Shown here one piece after another: positions 46,542 to 55,673 of a DNA stretch of 64,000 nt. The notes under the pieces are model-generated. The model was not told where the DNA came from, ran no database searches, and saw only the letters and a list, made by a program, of their open reading frames with translations. The translations under genes and the position numbers were made by a program. The DNA comes from an uncultured bacterium (lineage in GTDB: Bacteria; Patescibacteriota; Minisyncoccia; UBA6257; 2-01-FULL-56-20), in contig OY970126.1 of NCBI GenBank assembly GCA_963705915.1, positions 232,306 to 296,305 on the forward strand. The letters run 5' to 3'. The number at the start of each line of letters is the position of its first letter. The stretch's first letter is position 1.

Positions 46542-48197
46542 TTACTTTACATCGCTCCCTGCTGACATTTCGGGCATACTCACATGAAAGGCGCTTCCCT
46601 TGCCTTCGCCGGGTGATTCAGCCCAAAGCTTGCCACCGTGGGCTTCGGTGATTTTGCGGGCAATATAGAGCCCGAGACCGGTGCCCAAGATTTGCTTTTT
46701 CACGCGCTCGTCACGGATAAATTCCTCGAAGAGATGCGGCGCAAGGTCCGACGAGAAACCGACGCCAGAATCGGAAACGGTCACCATCGCAACCGGCGGT
46801 TGGCCTGGGGTTTGTGAGGGCACTTCTTTTAGTTCGACGTGCACGAAGCCGCTCGGGGTGTATTTGATCGCATTGTCGGTAAGATTTTGAATAACCTGCT
46901 TCAGTTTTTCCGCATCGGCGTTCACGGGAATTTCTTTGTCTGGTGCAATAAGCGTGAATTCCAGCTTCTTCGTTTCAGCGAGGCCCTTGAGCAAGTCCAC
47001 GACGTCCGTCACGAGTTTTTTTAAATCGGTGCGGGCCATTTGATATTCCATCTTCCCTTCTTCAACTTTACGCATATCAAGCAACGTGTTTATCAGGCTG
47101 ATGAGGCTATTGGCTGATTCGCCCATCTTACCAACGGTTTCTTTCACTTTATCCGACACGGGGCCGTATGAGCCGCCGACGATGAGCGTGCCGAAGCCTT
47201 TGATCGCCGCAAGTGGTGAACGAATCTGATGCGACGCGAGCGAGAGGAGTTCCGATTTGAAGTGCGAAAGTTCTTCGAGTTGTTTGTTTGTAGCGTCGAG
47301 CTTGGCGTTCAGCCGCTCAAGTTCTTCACGTTGCTCGACTTCCCGCTGCACGCTTTGGATAAGTAAAATACCGAATGAAAGTACGAGGACAAAGACCGCG
47401 CTCTGGAATAAGATTTGCGCGAAGCCTTGGGCAAAAATTATTTCTGCGAACGTGGTGACGGCGAGGGTAAAAGTGAGCGCCTGTGCTGCAAAAACCTTAA
47501 TTTGTAAAAGATGATGCTTTATAACGGCGTACGTCGTAAACGCGATGAGCGGAAAAATGAATACGGCGCCAAGCGGCAAAAAGCGCGGCTCATTAAAGAA
47601 CGCGGGCAAAATGAAATTGAAAATGATATGGAGCGAAAACGTTATGATGGCACCAGCAAGGATAAGTCCGTAGGCAGCCCGATCGCCTTTTTCGGCATGG
47701 ATAAGTTTTTTTGTGAGGACGACGAATGAGCCGATGATGAGACCAAGTACAAAAATTCCAAAAATAACGATGCCAAATCCCGGCTGGGCAACGGAGACTT
47801 GCCCCGCCTTATTTATTTGGTCGACCCGCTCAAGTGCATACGGAGACAACGTGAAAAGCGAAACGAGGACCGTGGCAGGAACAAGGAAGCGCTTATACCA
47901 TTTTGGAAATTCGATTGATTCCGTCGGGAATACATAGAAAAATTGGAAAAGTGAAAAACAGTACCATACCGCGAAAAAGAGAATAAGCCTAAAAAGCCAG
48001 ATGATAACCTCCGGTGACCCCGATTGGTAACTAAGGTAATTGACGATGCTCCACGCAGATGCCGCGAGCGCGAGGAACAGAAAGCTAATATTCGAAATGC
48101 TTTTTCGTTTATTAAAATAGGCGATGAATCCGAGAATTGCATTCGCGGCGAAAGCAACGGCGACAGATAAAAGATCAACATTAACAAAGGAGTTCAT
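46542..48197 (-). CDS. sensor histidine kinase with N-terminal 7TM-type membrane sensor domain
   Basis: At least 7 TM helices; HisKA H-box LSLASHQIRSPLAAIKG; HATPase N/G1/G2 boxes (DNAIKYT, DSGVGF, GTGLGL). Confidence 0.85.
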   Translation of the reverse strand: MNSFVNVDLLSVAVAFAANAILGFIAYFNKRKSISNISFLFLALAASAWSIVNYLSYQSGSPEVIIWLFRLILFFAVWYCFSLFQFFYVFPTESIEFPKWYKRFLVPATVLVSLFTLSPYALERVDQINKAGQVSVAQPGFGIVIFGIFVLGLIIGSFVVLTKKLIHAEKGDRAAYGLILAGAIITFSLHIIFNFILPAFFNEPRFLPLGAVFIFPLIAFTTYAVIKHHLLQIKVFAAQALTFTLAVTTFAEIIFAQGFAQILFQSAVFVLVLSFGILLIQSVQREVEQREELERLNAKLDATNKQLEELSHFKSELLSLASHQIRSPLAAIKGFGTLIVGGSYGPVSDKVKETVGKMGESANSLISLINTLLDMRKVEEGKMEYQMARTDLKKLVTDVVDLLKGLAETKKLEFTLIAPDKEIPVNADAEKLKQVIQNLTDNAIKYTPSGFVHVELKEVPSQTPGQPPVAMVTVSDSGVGFSSDLAPHLFEEFIRDERVKKQILGTGLGLYIARKITEAHGGKLWAESPGEGKGSAFHVSMPEMSAGSDVK

Positions 48198-48203
48198 GTC
48201 GGG

Positions 48204-49271
48204 CTAGGTATACGTGATATCTGGTGGAAGCCTGAGCGATTGCCACGCAAGCGGCTTACCCTTGCCGACGCGCATGAGAAATACCATTGTGTCGCCTCCG
48301 ATACCCGCGATCTCTTTAATAGCCGCATGCGAAGCGTTTATGGTATCGACTTGTTTCGCTGAAAAATCTTGTGCTTCGTTTCTTAAAATTCGCTGCTCAA
48401 AGAAAAGAATCGCGCTGATCGGTTGCACGTCATAGCCAAGCCTATTAGCGGTAAGCCAAAATCGTTGGACCATGCTGCCTCCCTTAAGAAAATCAACCTT
48501 CGTGTTCCCTGGCATGGTGAATATCGCGATACCCGAAACATTCGCATAAAGTTTCACATTGCCTTGAGCGGCGATCTTTGGGAAACCGATGGCACGGAAG
48601 AAATGCAGAAATCCATGGCTTCGGAGTAATTTGAATGTTGCTTCCTGCGGCCCAGCGAGCCCCAGCTCTTTCACGTAAAAACCGCTTTTATGTTCTTCGG
48701 CTTCTTTCGTCGACCAATAAATATGCCCGAATAAAAAGTCGTGAATCTTATCACTCTCAAAGAGAAGCCGATCACCGTAACTAAGCGCTTTGGCAATGTG
48801 CTCCTTTTGGGTTTTATCTTCTATGAGCTTTATCTTCCCGCCGTATGAAAATTCATTCGCCACGCCAAGTAGTGCTTTCCGTTCGTCCTCAGAAAACGTC
48901 GCAGCGCCATTATAATGCGTGCGATTCGATACCCGCTTGGGGATGACATCCATCAATGGATCTGCACTTACCCCATCTTCTTTTTTAAACGTGATATTTG
49001 CGACATGATTTTCATCTGTTTGCGACGGAAAGAATGTCGGCTCCGCCGCGTATTGGAACGCAGAGGCAGCAATCATAATATTCTCAATGAGCGCTCCATG
49101 AGCCACAAAAGAGCCGAGCTGGTCGATATTATAGAGCGACCTGTCCCGATCCGGGAGATTATAGATGGAAAGCATATCGCCGCTCATCACGAACCGCCAC
49201 GGTTGGGAATTTTCTCCTGATGGCGCCCTCACGCCGGCCTCTAAAATTTTTTCAATCGTGTTTCGATCCAT
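48204..49271 (-). CDS. tandem nitroreductase-fold FMN protein (Acg/SagB-like double NTR domain)
   Basis: RAPSGENSQPWRF FMN-binding motif in the first half, second degenerate NTR-like half; 355 aa. Confidence 0.65.
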   Translation of the reverse strand: MDRNTIEKILEAGVRAPSGENSQPWRFVMSGDMLSIYNLPDRDRSLYNIDQLGSFVAHGALIENIMIAASAFQYAAEPTFFPSQTDENHVANITFKKEDGVSADPLMDVIPKRVSNRTHYNGAATFSEDERKALLGVANEFSYGGKIKLIEDKTQKEHIAKALSYGDRLLFESDKIHDFLFGHIYWSTKEAEEHKSGFYVKELGLAGPQEATFKLLRSHGFLHFFRAIGFPKIAAQGNVKLYANVSGIAIFTMPGNTKVDFLKGGSMVQRFWLTANRLGYDVQPISAILFFEQRILRNEAQDFSAKQVDTINASHAAIKEIAGIGGDTMVFLMRVGKGKPLAWQSLRLPPDITYT

Positions 49272-49277
49272 GCGTGG

Positions 49278-50465
49278 CTATAGCCCAAACATTTTTCGGA
49301 ACGAATCCGCAATGTCGGTGCGTTCTTTTACGGCCGCCGGTGAGTTGTAGTCAGGAATAAGTTTTTCATCGAGCGAGACGAGGGCGCGATTCGATTCTAT
49401 CGGTTGGCCGTTCACAATTTTCCGGACACAGTATGCCACCGCAGCACCATTCAGCCACGCGGCGCCTCCAAGTTGTGGCCAAGAAACGATCGTTTTACCC
49501 ATCTCGAGGAGCGACTGCTGCATACGCGGCGTAATATTTTCAGGCCCGATATGTTTCGTGATTGTCTTCCCGATGCCAAATTTATCAAGGGACGTGAGTT
49601 CTTTGTAGGTTACATTGCCAAGGCGCCCTTGGAAAAAGGGCAAATTCGGGTCGAGGTCGTAGCGCTCCACATCGACGACGGCATTATCACCATTGTCTGC
49701 GGCCATCACGAGCGGCAGTTTATACTTCTTGGCATACTCACGAATGAGATACTTCACGCCGAGACTGTCCAATTCATCGATTACAATGTCGAGCTTCGGC
49801 GGTCCGGCAAAAAACTTTTCCAAGTTTTCTTTGGTGAGCCCCTCGGAAAAAAGTTCGATTTCCGCGTAGGGGTTTAGTTCATAAATCTGCCGAGCGGTCA
49901 TCTCGGTCTTCTGAAGCCCAAGGTTTTGCACGCCGGCACGAATGCGATTGATGTTCGTGAGAGCAAGCCGATCAAAGTCAGCAATGCGAAAATGCTTTCC
50001 GCCTCCCTGCTGAACGATAGATAAAACAACATTATTGCCAACGCTCAAACCACCGATGCCGATGACGGCGTTATAAAATTTTTCCTGCTCCTCGGCGTTG
50101 ATAAGATTCTTATTTCTCGCCGTTCGGACTTTTTGAAAATCGGCGTCTTCGAGAACGTGTACGAGCGATGAAAGCCATGGATAAAATATCCAACGGCCTT
50201 GCCGCGTAAACGGCTTTTGTTTTTTGAGGTCCTCAAGATATGCCTCGGTTTTCTCTTTAAATCCTGGCGCGTAGACCATCGAGGGGTTATTGATGGCAAA
50301 CAGTTCACGAAGCTGTTCTTCGTAATCGTCTCCGACGCTTTGTATGATATTCGAAGCGAAAAGTTCGGCCGCTCGAACACCATCTTTTTCTTGATTCAAA
50401 TCCAAGATCTCCGGTTTTGAAACACTCTGCTTAGCGGTTAATTTGTTCTGAAGATCGTCATTCAT
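49278..50465 (-). CDS. E1-like / ThiF-MoeB family adenylyltransferase-fold protein with about 130-aa N-terminal extension, no C-terminal CxxC
   Basis: Rossmann motif VIGIGGLSVGNNV, RIADFDRLALTNINR (conserved Arg/Asp of E1 fold), MAADNGDN. Confidence 0.7.
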   Translation of the reverse strand: MNDDLQNKLTAKQSVSKPEILDLNQEKDGVRAAELFASNIIQSVGDDYEEQLRELFAINNPSMVYAPGFKEKTEAYLEDLKKQKPFTRQGRWIFYPWLSSLVHVLEDADFQKVRTARNKNLINAEEQEKFYNAVIGIGGLSVGNNVVLSIVQQGGGKHFRIADFDRLALTNINRIRAGVQNLGLQKTEMTARQIYELNPYAEIELFSEGLTKENLEKFFAGPPKLDIVIDELDSLGVKYLIREYAKKYKLPLVMAADNGDNAVVDVERYDLDPNLPFFQGRLGNVTYKELTSLDKFGIGKTITKHIGPENITPRMQQSLLEMGKTIVSWPQLGGAAWLNGAAVAYCVRKIVNGQPIESNRALVSLDEKLIPDYNSPAAVKERTDIADSFRKMFGL

Positions 50466-50486
50466 GGTGTTATTGGTATAGATTCA

Positions 50487-51992
50487 TTATAGTGTGCTTG
50501 GCTTCAAAACCCATTTTTGTTTGATGCCAGGCTTAAAATACGTGGGCGTTTCATAACCCCATAGTACGACGACCGGCGTCACTTTATGCGGGATAGCGTT
50601 GTGATTATTCCTGTATTCCGCATTGCGTTTTATGAGTGATTCAACGATATGGTGTTGCACTCTTTTCTCAAGCGCTTTCGACATTTTTATATTGCGCTTG
50701 GTCTCGACATCGATCTCGAGATATTCATCTTGCTTCTTATTAAACTTTGTTATCATAGTGAACTTTCCGGTCACGAATGGCCGAAGCGATTTATGCGCCA
50801 AGCCCTCACGGACATGCTCCGGATAGATGATCGCTCCGTAAAGTTTTGCGGAGAAATCACTCCGCTCATATACATACACAAAGGGCATTTCGGTGAGCGG
50901 TGCGTTCACGTGACGCAATTCTTTTTCTATTGAAATATCATGAAGCGCCATATTCTCTCTGGCTTCAATCATTGAGAATACCCCCCCATTATCGCCCAAA
51001 GCGTATCGCACGAGCGGCAAGGCATTATCCCCGGTAAGCATGATCTCGCCATCGGGAGCCTCGAATGTCGCGAACAGTGGATTATATTGCGCAACGGTCG
51101 GCGTTTTTGCGATATTCGAAAAAAACGTCTTAAAGAGATGCGGATTCGCGAGTGTAAGTCTGCGGACGAGAATGCTCGTCGGTGTTTCGAACGCCATCGC
51201 GCCGAGGTCTGCGGTGCCATAAATATTTAGTGTGTCCCGATATATATTTTTTATACCGGTTTCCTTCGCGAGATAGTCTCGAAAGGGCTCAGTGAATGCT
51301 TCTGCGGCGAAAAGTAATCTCATGTGTAATTTCTTGAGGTCGATCCCCTCCGCTATCGCTTCTTCCAGGACGTCTTTCACGAAAGGCGGATAACCAATCA
51401 GCACCGTTTGTCCGAATCGCGGAGCAAGAGACCGTAGCGCGTGAAAAATTTCTCCTTTATTGATGCCCGGGGTGATTACGGAAACAACGTGTTTCATCCG
51501 GTGACTCGCGATCTCAAACGCTTTGTAGGTCAAAACGCCTCCGATCCAAACGCCCATCCCAAACCCCACGATCACAAGCGTTGATTTTTCGCTGCCCCGC
51601 GAACTATTTTTCAAAAACATTTCTGCGAGCACCGAATATTGTTCATCCAACTGTTCGGTTCGCGGAAAATAAAAGGGTGCGCCCGTCGATCCGGATGTAG
51701 ACGTCCACACGATCCCGTTTCCTAATGTACCTCCCCAGACTAGCTTGTCCGGAGGATATTGTCGCAAATAGTTTTTCCTATCTACCGGCGGGACAAGCTG
51801 AAAATCTTTAAAAGTCTTGATCTTTCCTGACGCGATTTTGTGTTTTTTTAAGAAATCTTTATATGCCGGTACGCCATGGGCTGCCCGGTGAAAAAGATCG
51901 AGCGCCCGATGCTCGCGAGTTTTATCCCAAAATGCGGCTTTCTCACGCCTTACCTTATCCAAGACGCCCTCAATGGAACGATCATTATTCAT
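50487..51992 (-). CDS. PaaK-like adenylate-forming enzyme (phenylacetate-CoA ligase / F390-synthetase family)
   Basis: N-terminal VPAYKDFLKKH...DFQLVPPVDRKNYLRQYPP pattern and P-loop TSTSGSTGAPFYFP analogous to PaaK SSGTTGKP. Confidence 0.7.
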   Translation of the reverse strand: MNNDRSIEGVLDKVRREKAAFWDKTREHRALDLFHRAAHGVPAYKDFLKKHKIASGKIKTFKDFQLVPPVDRKNYLRQYPPDKLVWGGTLGNGIVWTSTSGSTGAPFYFPRTEQLDEQYSVLAEMFLKNSSRGSEKSTLVIVGFGMGVWIGGVLTYKAFEIASHRMKHVVSVITPGINKGEIFHALRSLAPRFGQTVLIGYPPFVKDVLEEAIAEGIDLKKLHMRLLFAAEAFTEPFRDYLAKETGIKNIYRDTLNIYGTADLGAMAFETPTSILVRRLTLANPHLFKTFFSNIAKTPTVAQYNPLFATFEAPDGEIMLTGDNALPLVRYALGDNGGVFSMIEARENMALHDISIEKELRHVNAPLTEMPFVYVYERSDFSAKLYGAIIYPEHVREGLAHKSLRPFVTGKFTMITKFNKKQDEYLEIDVETKRNIKMSKALEKRVQHHIVESLIKRNAEYRNNHNAIPHKVTPVVVLWGYETPTYFKPGIKQKWVLKPSTL

Positions 51993-52049
51993 CGCATGTA
52001 ATGGGGATTTACTAACATTATAGCACGAACGAAGCGCAAAACTTGATTT

Positions 52050-53108
52050 TTATTTCTTATTCTTTCTTCCCTTCAAAAATATATTCTCGGCAAGCTGGTC
52101 TGCTACTTCGTTCATCGATTTCTTCTTTTCTTTCGAAAGCGCAATGATCGTGCTCACGGTCTCGCGGATCTGTAAAACTTTTTCGCGCACGCGCTCTTTG
52201 GAATATCCTTTTTTATCCAATTCAGAGACGACGTCGATCAACCCACCGGCATTCGCGACATAATCGGGCACATAGAGAATGCCGAGTCGTTGAAGGACGC
52301 GGCCGTACGAACTTGATTTAAGCTGATTATTCGATCCACCGCAAATGATGCTACAGCGAAATTGGTCGATCGTGCGCTCATCAATTTCCGTACCGAGCGC
52401 ATTCGGGCTATAGACGTCCACTTTTTGTTTGTGGATCTCTTTCGGGCTCACAAATTTTATGCCTTTTATCTTTCGCCGTGCCGCACTCATAGCCTCTTCG
52501 CGAATATCACTTGCGATGATTTTCCCACCATGACGATCGACGAGAATGGCGACCTCCATGCCAACTTTACCGAGGCCTCGTATGGCGACGCTTCGATTCC
52601 GAAGTTCGTCGCTCCCAAAAACTTCTTTGAGCGCCGCCTGGAGTGCCTGAAAAACACCGAGTGCGGCCCACGGGCTCGGATCCCCTCCTAGGCGTTTTCG
52701 CCCAATAATATAAGGTGAATATTTGGCGAGCTGGTTCGCGTCGTTTTGATCGACACCGACGTCTTCGCCCGTGAAAAACCCTCCGTGAAATAAATTGATT
52801 CGGCGCGCATAAGCTGCTAAAAACTTTTTATTTTTTAAATTCTGATGGTTGCCGATGATGACCGCTTTTCCCCCGCCATATGGAAGCCCAGCGAGCGCAC
52901 ACTTATACGTCATGGCACGCGAAAGCCGCAATGCGTCTTTGAGCGCTTCCTGCTCGGAGCCGTAGTGCCAATATCGCGTACCGCCGGTAGCCGGACCAAG
53001 ATTGGTGTTATGGATACAGATATACCCTCGCAAGCCGACGCTCTCGTCTGCAATATATGAGACAAGCTCGTGATTATCAAACTCCGGAAGGTCGACGAAA
53101 TTTTCCAT
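52050..53108 (-). CDS. Glu/Leu/Phe/Val-family amino-acid dehydrogenase (Leu/Phe-dehydrogenase-like)
   Basis: LGPATGGTRYWHY, catalytic Lys box LPYGGGKAVIIG, Rossmann GLGKVGMEVA. Confidence 0.85.
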   Translation of the reverse strand: MENFVDLPEFDNHELVSYIADESVGLRGYICIHNTNLGPATGGTRYWHYGSEQEALKDALRLSRAMTYKCALAGLPYGGGKAVIIGNHQNLKNKKFLAAYARRINLFHGGFFTGEDVGVDQNDANQLAKYSPYIIGRKRLGGDPSPWAALGVFQALQAALKEVFGSDELRNRSVAIRGLGKVGMEVAILVDRHGGKIIASDIREEAMSAARRKIKGIKFVSPKEIHKQKVDVYSPNALGTEIDERTIDQFRCSIICGGSNNQLKSSSYGRVLQRLGILYVPDYVANAGGLIDVVSELDKKGYSKERVREKVLQIRETVSTIIALSKEKKKSMNEVADQLAENIFLKGRKNKK

Positions 53109-53110
53109 GA

Positions 53111-53497
53111 CTACATGAGGCTTTTGACACGTTCGGCGAGACGACCAATATCGTCGGTTTTACTAAGAATCGTGACGGGGCCAACGTGCTGCATCATCAT
53201 AGTTCGATCGTCGCGAAATTCAAGCCATGGATCTCGGAGGCTCGTAAAAAGCGCGAAATGGATATCACGGGTCTTTGCGTCCTTGCGAAGTGCGAGCGCC
53301 AAGTCCCAACCATTGGGCCCAGGCGGCATGTAGACATCACTCAAGACCATATCGGGACTTACGGAAGCTATAGCATCGAGCGCTTCGGGAACGCTATGGG
53401 CCTTTACGACATCAAAGTCGCCAGCAAGCTGGGTTGAAGCGATTTCGAGAAATGCATCTTCATCGTCCACGATCACTATGAGCGGCTTCGATCTCAT
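53111..53497 (-). CDS. stand-alone response-regulator receiver domain (CheY-like)
   Basis: IVDDE, phospho-acceptor Asp in MVLSDVYMP, conserved Thr/Lys. Confidence 0.8.
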   Translation of the reverse strand: MRSKPLIVIVDDEDAFLEIASTQLAGDFDVVKAHSVPEALDAIASVSPDMVLSDVYMPPGPNGWDLALALRKDAKTRDIHFALFTSLRDPWLEFRDDRTMMMQHVGPVTILSKTDDIGRLAERVKSLM

Positions 53498-53540
53498 GCA
53501 TTCATTATAACAATAGGGCCTTATTTGCGTATATCTTTAT

Positions 53541-53693
53541 ATGCTTGTAACCATTGCTGTGATTTTATTAATCTTGTGGGTCCTGGGCCTCGTGACATCC
53601 TATACGATCGGTGGTTTCATCTATATCCTCCTGGTCGTCGCGATCATCCTATTTCTTATCAGGATCATCCAAGGGAAAAACCCGGTCCAATAA
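53541..53693 (+). CDS. lmo0937-family small membrane protein (50 aa, two TM helices)
   Basis: Own translation: MLVTIAVILLILWVLGLVTSYTIGGFIYILLVVAIILFLIRIIQGKNPVQ; below the 60-aa ORF-track cutoff. Confidence 0.6.
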   Translation: MLVTIAVILLILWVLGLVTSYTIGGFIYILLVVAIILFLIRIIQGKNPVQ

Positions 53694-53722
53694 AACGTGG
53701 GGTACAAAAACAGCGCTTTTTA

Positions 53723-55555
53723 CTAAGCGCTGTTTTTATTTGCTCGCTTGCGATCGTTGTCGGTGAGATATTTTTTCCGGATACGGACGTTCTGCGGCGT
53801 CACTTCTACCAGTTCATCATCGCCAATATAATCGAGGGCATCCTCAAGTGAAAGTGTGAGTGGTGTTTCGAGCTGATCGGCCAAACCTTCGTTTTTCGCG
53901 CGGAAGTTCGTGAGCTGTTTCTCGCGCGCAACGTGCACCATGACGTCGCCGTCTTTTGCGTTTTGCCCGACGACCATCCCTTCGTAAACCTCAATGCCGG
54001 GTCCGATGAAAAGCGTACCGCGTCCTTGGGCTGTCACCAAGCCGTAGTTGTTGGATTTTCCCGACTGCGTGGCAACGATGGAGCCGAACGGAAGCGCCGT
54101 GATGTCTCCCTTGTATGGTTCATAGCCCAAGAAAATGCTGTTCATGATGCCGGTGCCCTTCGTTGCCGTGAGAAATTTATTGCGGATACCAATAAGGCCG
54201 CGTGTCGGGACGTCGAAGTCCATAAACGCGATTTTCTTGTCGTCGACTTTCATATTCTTCATCAAGCCGAGGCGCTTGCCGAGCATTTCAATTACCGTGC
54301 CGGAATAGGCTTCGGGCACTTCAATCGAAACGAGTTCAATCGGTTCAAGTTTTTTACCGTTCTCTTCCTTGAAAATAACCTGCGGCTTTGAAACCTCCAC
54401 TTCGTATCCTTCGCGACGCATTTTTTCGATGAGAATTGAAAGGTGTAATTCGCCGCGTCCTGCAACAATCCATTTATCGGTTGTGTCGGTTGGCGTAACC
54501 TTCAACGCAACGTCAGTTTCCAGTTCATGATCCAATCGCTCCTTTATGTTGCGCGACGTAGTAAATTTTCCTTCGCGCCCACGAAATGGCGAGGTATTCA
54601 CCGCAAATGTCATCTTGATCGTTGGCTCGTCAATTTCAATGGTTGGCAAAGGTTTTGGATCGTCAGGGTCAGTAATAGTTTCGCCGATGGTAATATCTGG
54701 GATACCCGCGATAGCAACGATGTCGCCGGCATACGCCTCTTCAACGTCCACGCGGCCAAGACCATCGAACACCATCACCGATGTGATCTGCTCTTTTTTG
54801 ATTGCTCCATCGCGTGTGATATGCGCCACGGTCGCCGCTTTCTTTAATGTGCCAGCGTACAAACGGCCAACGCCAAGTTTGCCTTTGTAATTGTCCGGTG
54901 CCAAATTAACCGTCAAAAACTGGAGCGTCGTTATCTCGCTCCCGTCGGCATTCTTTGGAATTTGAGGGGCGGGAATATGCTTGATAATCTCGTCGAAAAT
55001 CGGCACGATGTCTTTCATCTCGCTCAAGTTTTTATTCAGCCCGGCTTTTCCTTCGCGCGCGGCGGCATAAATTACCGGGAACTCGATTTGCGCTTCCGTT
55101 GCGTCGAGCTCAAAAAACAAATCATACGTGGCGTTGAGTGCCCATTCAGGCCGTGCGTCAGGCTTATCAATTTTATTGATCACGACGACAATTTTGTGTC
55201 CCGCCTGGATCGCCTTCCGCAAAACAAATTTTGTCTGCGGCATCGGCCCTTCCTTTGCGTCGACGAGCAGGAGAACTCCGTCAACCATGCGCATAATACG
55301 TTCAACTTCGCCGCCAAAGTCAGCGTGGCCCGGCGTGTCCACAATATTTATCTTCGTGTCGTGATAGATGACGGCGGCATTTTTTGAAAAAATAGTTATG
55401 CCGCGCTCCCTCTCAAGCTCGTTTGAATCCATGATAAGTTCGCTCTGCGCCCCGGTTTTTAACTTAAAGCTCGCCGACTGCTTGAGGAGCGCGTCGACGA
55501 GGGTGGTTTTGCCGTGGTCTACGTGGGCAATGATAGCGATGTTTCGAATGTCCAT
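53723..55555 (-). CDS. typA: translational GTPase TypA/BipA; start set at MDIRNIAIIAHVDHGKTT
   Basis: G1-G5 motifs, EF-G-like domains, 610 aa. Confidence 0.9.
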   Translation of the reverse strand: MDIRNIAIIAHVDHGKTTLVDALLKQSASFKLKTGAQSELIMDSNELERERGITIFSKNAAVIYHDTKINIVDTPGHADFGGEVERIMRMVDGVLLLVDAKEGPMPQTKFVLRKAIQAGHKIVVVINKIDKPDARPEWALNATYDLFFELDATEAQIEFPVIYAAAREGKAGLNKNLSEMKDIVPIFDEIIKHIPAPQIPKNADGSEITTLQFLTVNLAPDNYKGKLGVGRLYAGTLKKAATVAHITRDGAIKKEQITSVMVFDGLGRVDVEEAYAGDIVAIAGIPDITIGETITDPDDPKPLPTIEIDEPTIKMTFAVNTSPFRGREGKFTTSRNIKERLDHELETDVALKVTPTDTTDKWIVAGRGELHLSILIEKMRREGYEVEVSKPQVIFKEENGKKLEPIELVSIEVPEAYSGTVIEMLGKRLGLMKNMKVDDKKIAFMDFDVPTRGLIGIRNKFLTATKGTGIMNSIFLGYEPYKGDITALPFGSIVATQSGKSNNYGLVTAQGRGTLFIGPGIEVYEGMVVGQNAKDGDVMVHVAREKQLTNFRAKNEGLADQLETPLTLSLEDALDYIGDDELVEVTPQNVRIRKKYLTDNDRKRANKNSA

Positions 55556-55636
55556 TTTTATTGAATAAAATCCGCGCCTCATGGCACGGCCTCCTACGAG
55601 CAATTATTATAGTAAAATCAAGGCGAAAGAGCAAGT

Positions 55637-55667
55637 TTGATGATATCCGACTATCTGCCTGTATAAT
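55637..55667 (+). promoter_or_regulatory. extended -10 promoter (TGTATAAT) 6 nt upstream of the bcp ATG; weak TTGATG -35; predicts leaderless bcp mRNA
   Basis: TG-TATAAT at 55660-55667, ATG at 55674. Confidence 0.35.
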
Positions 55668-55673
55668 AAAGAC

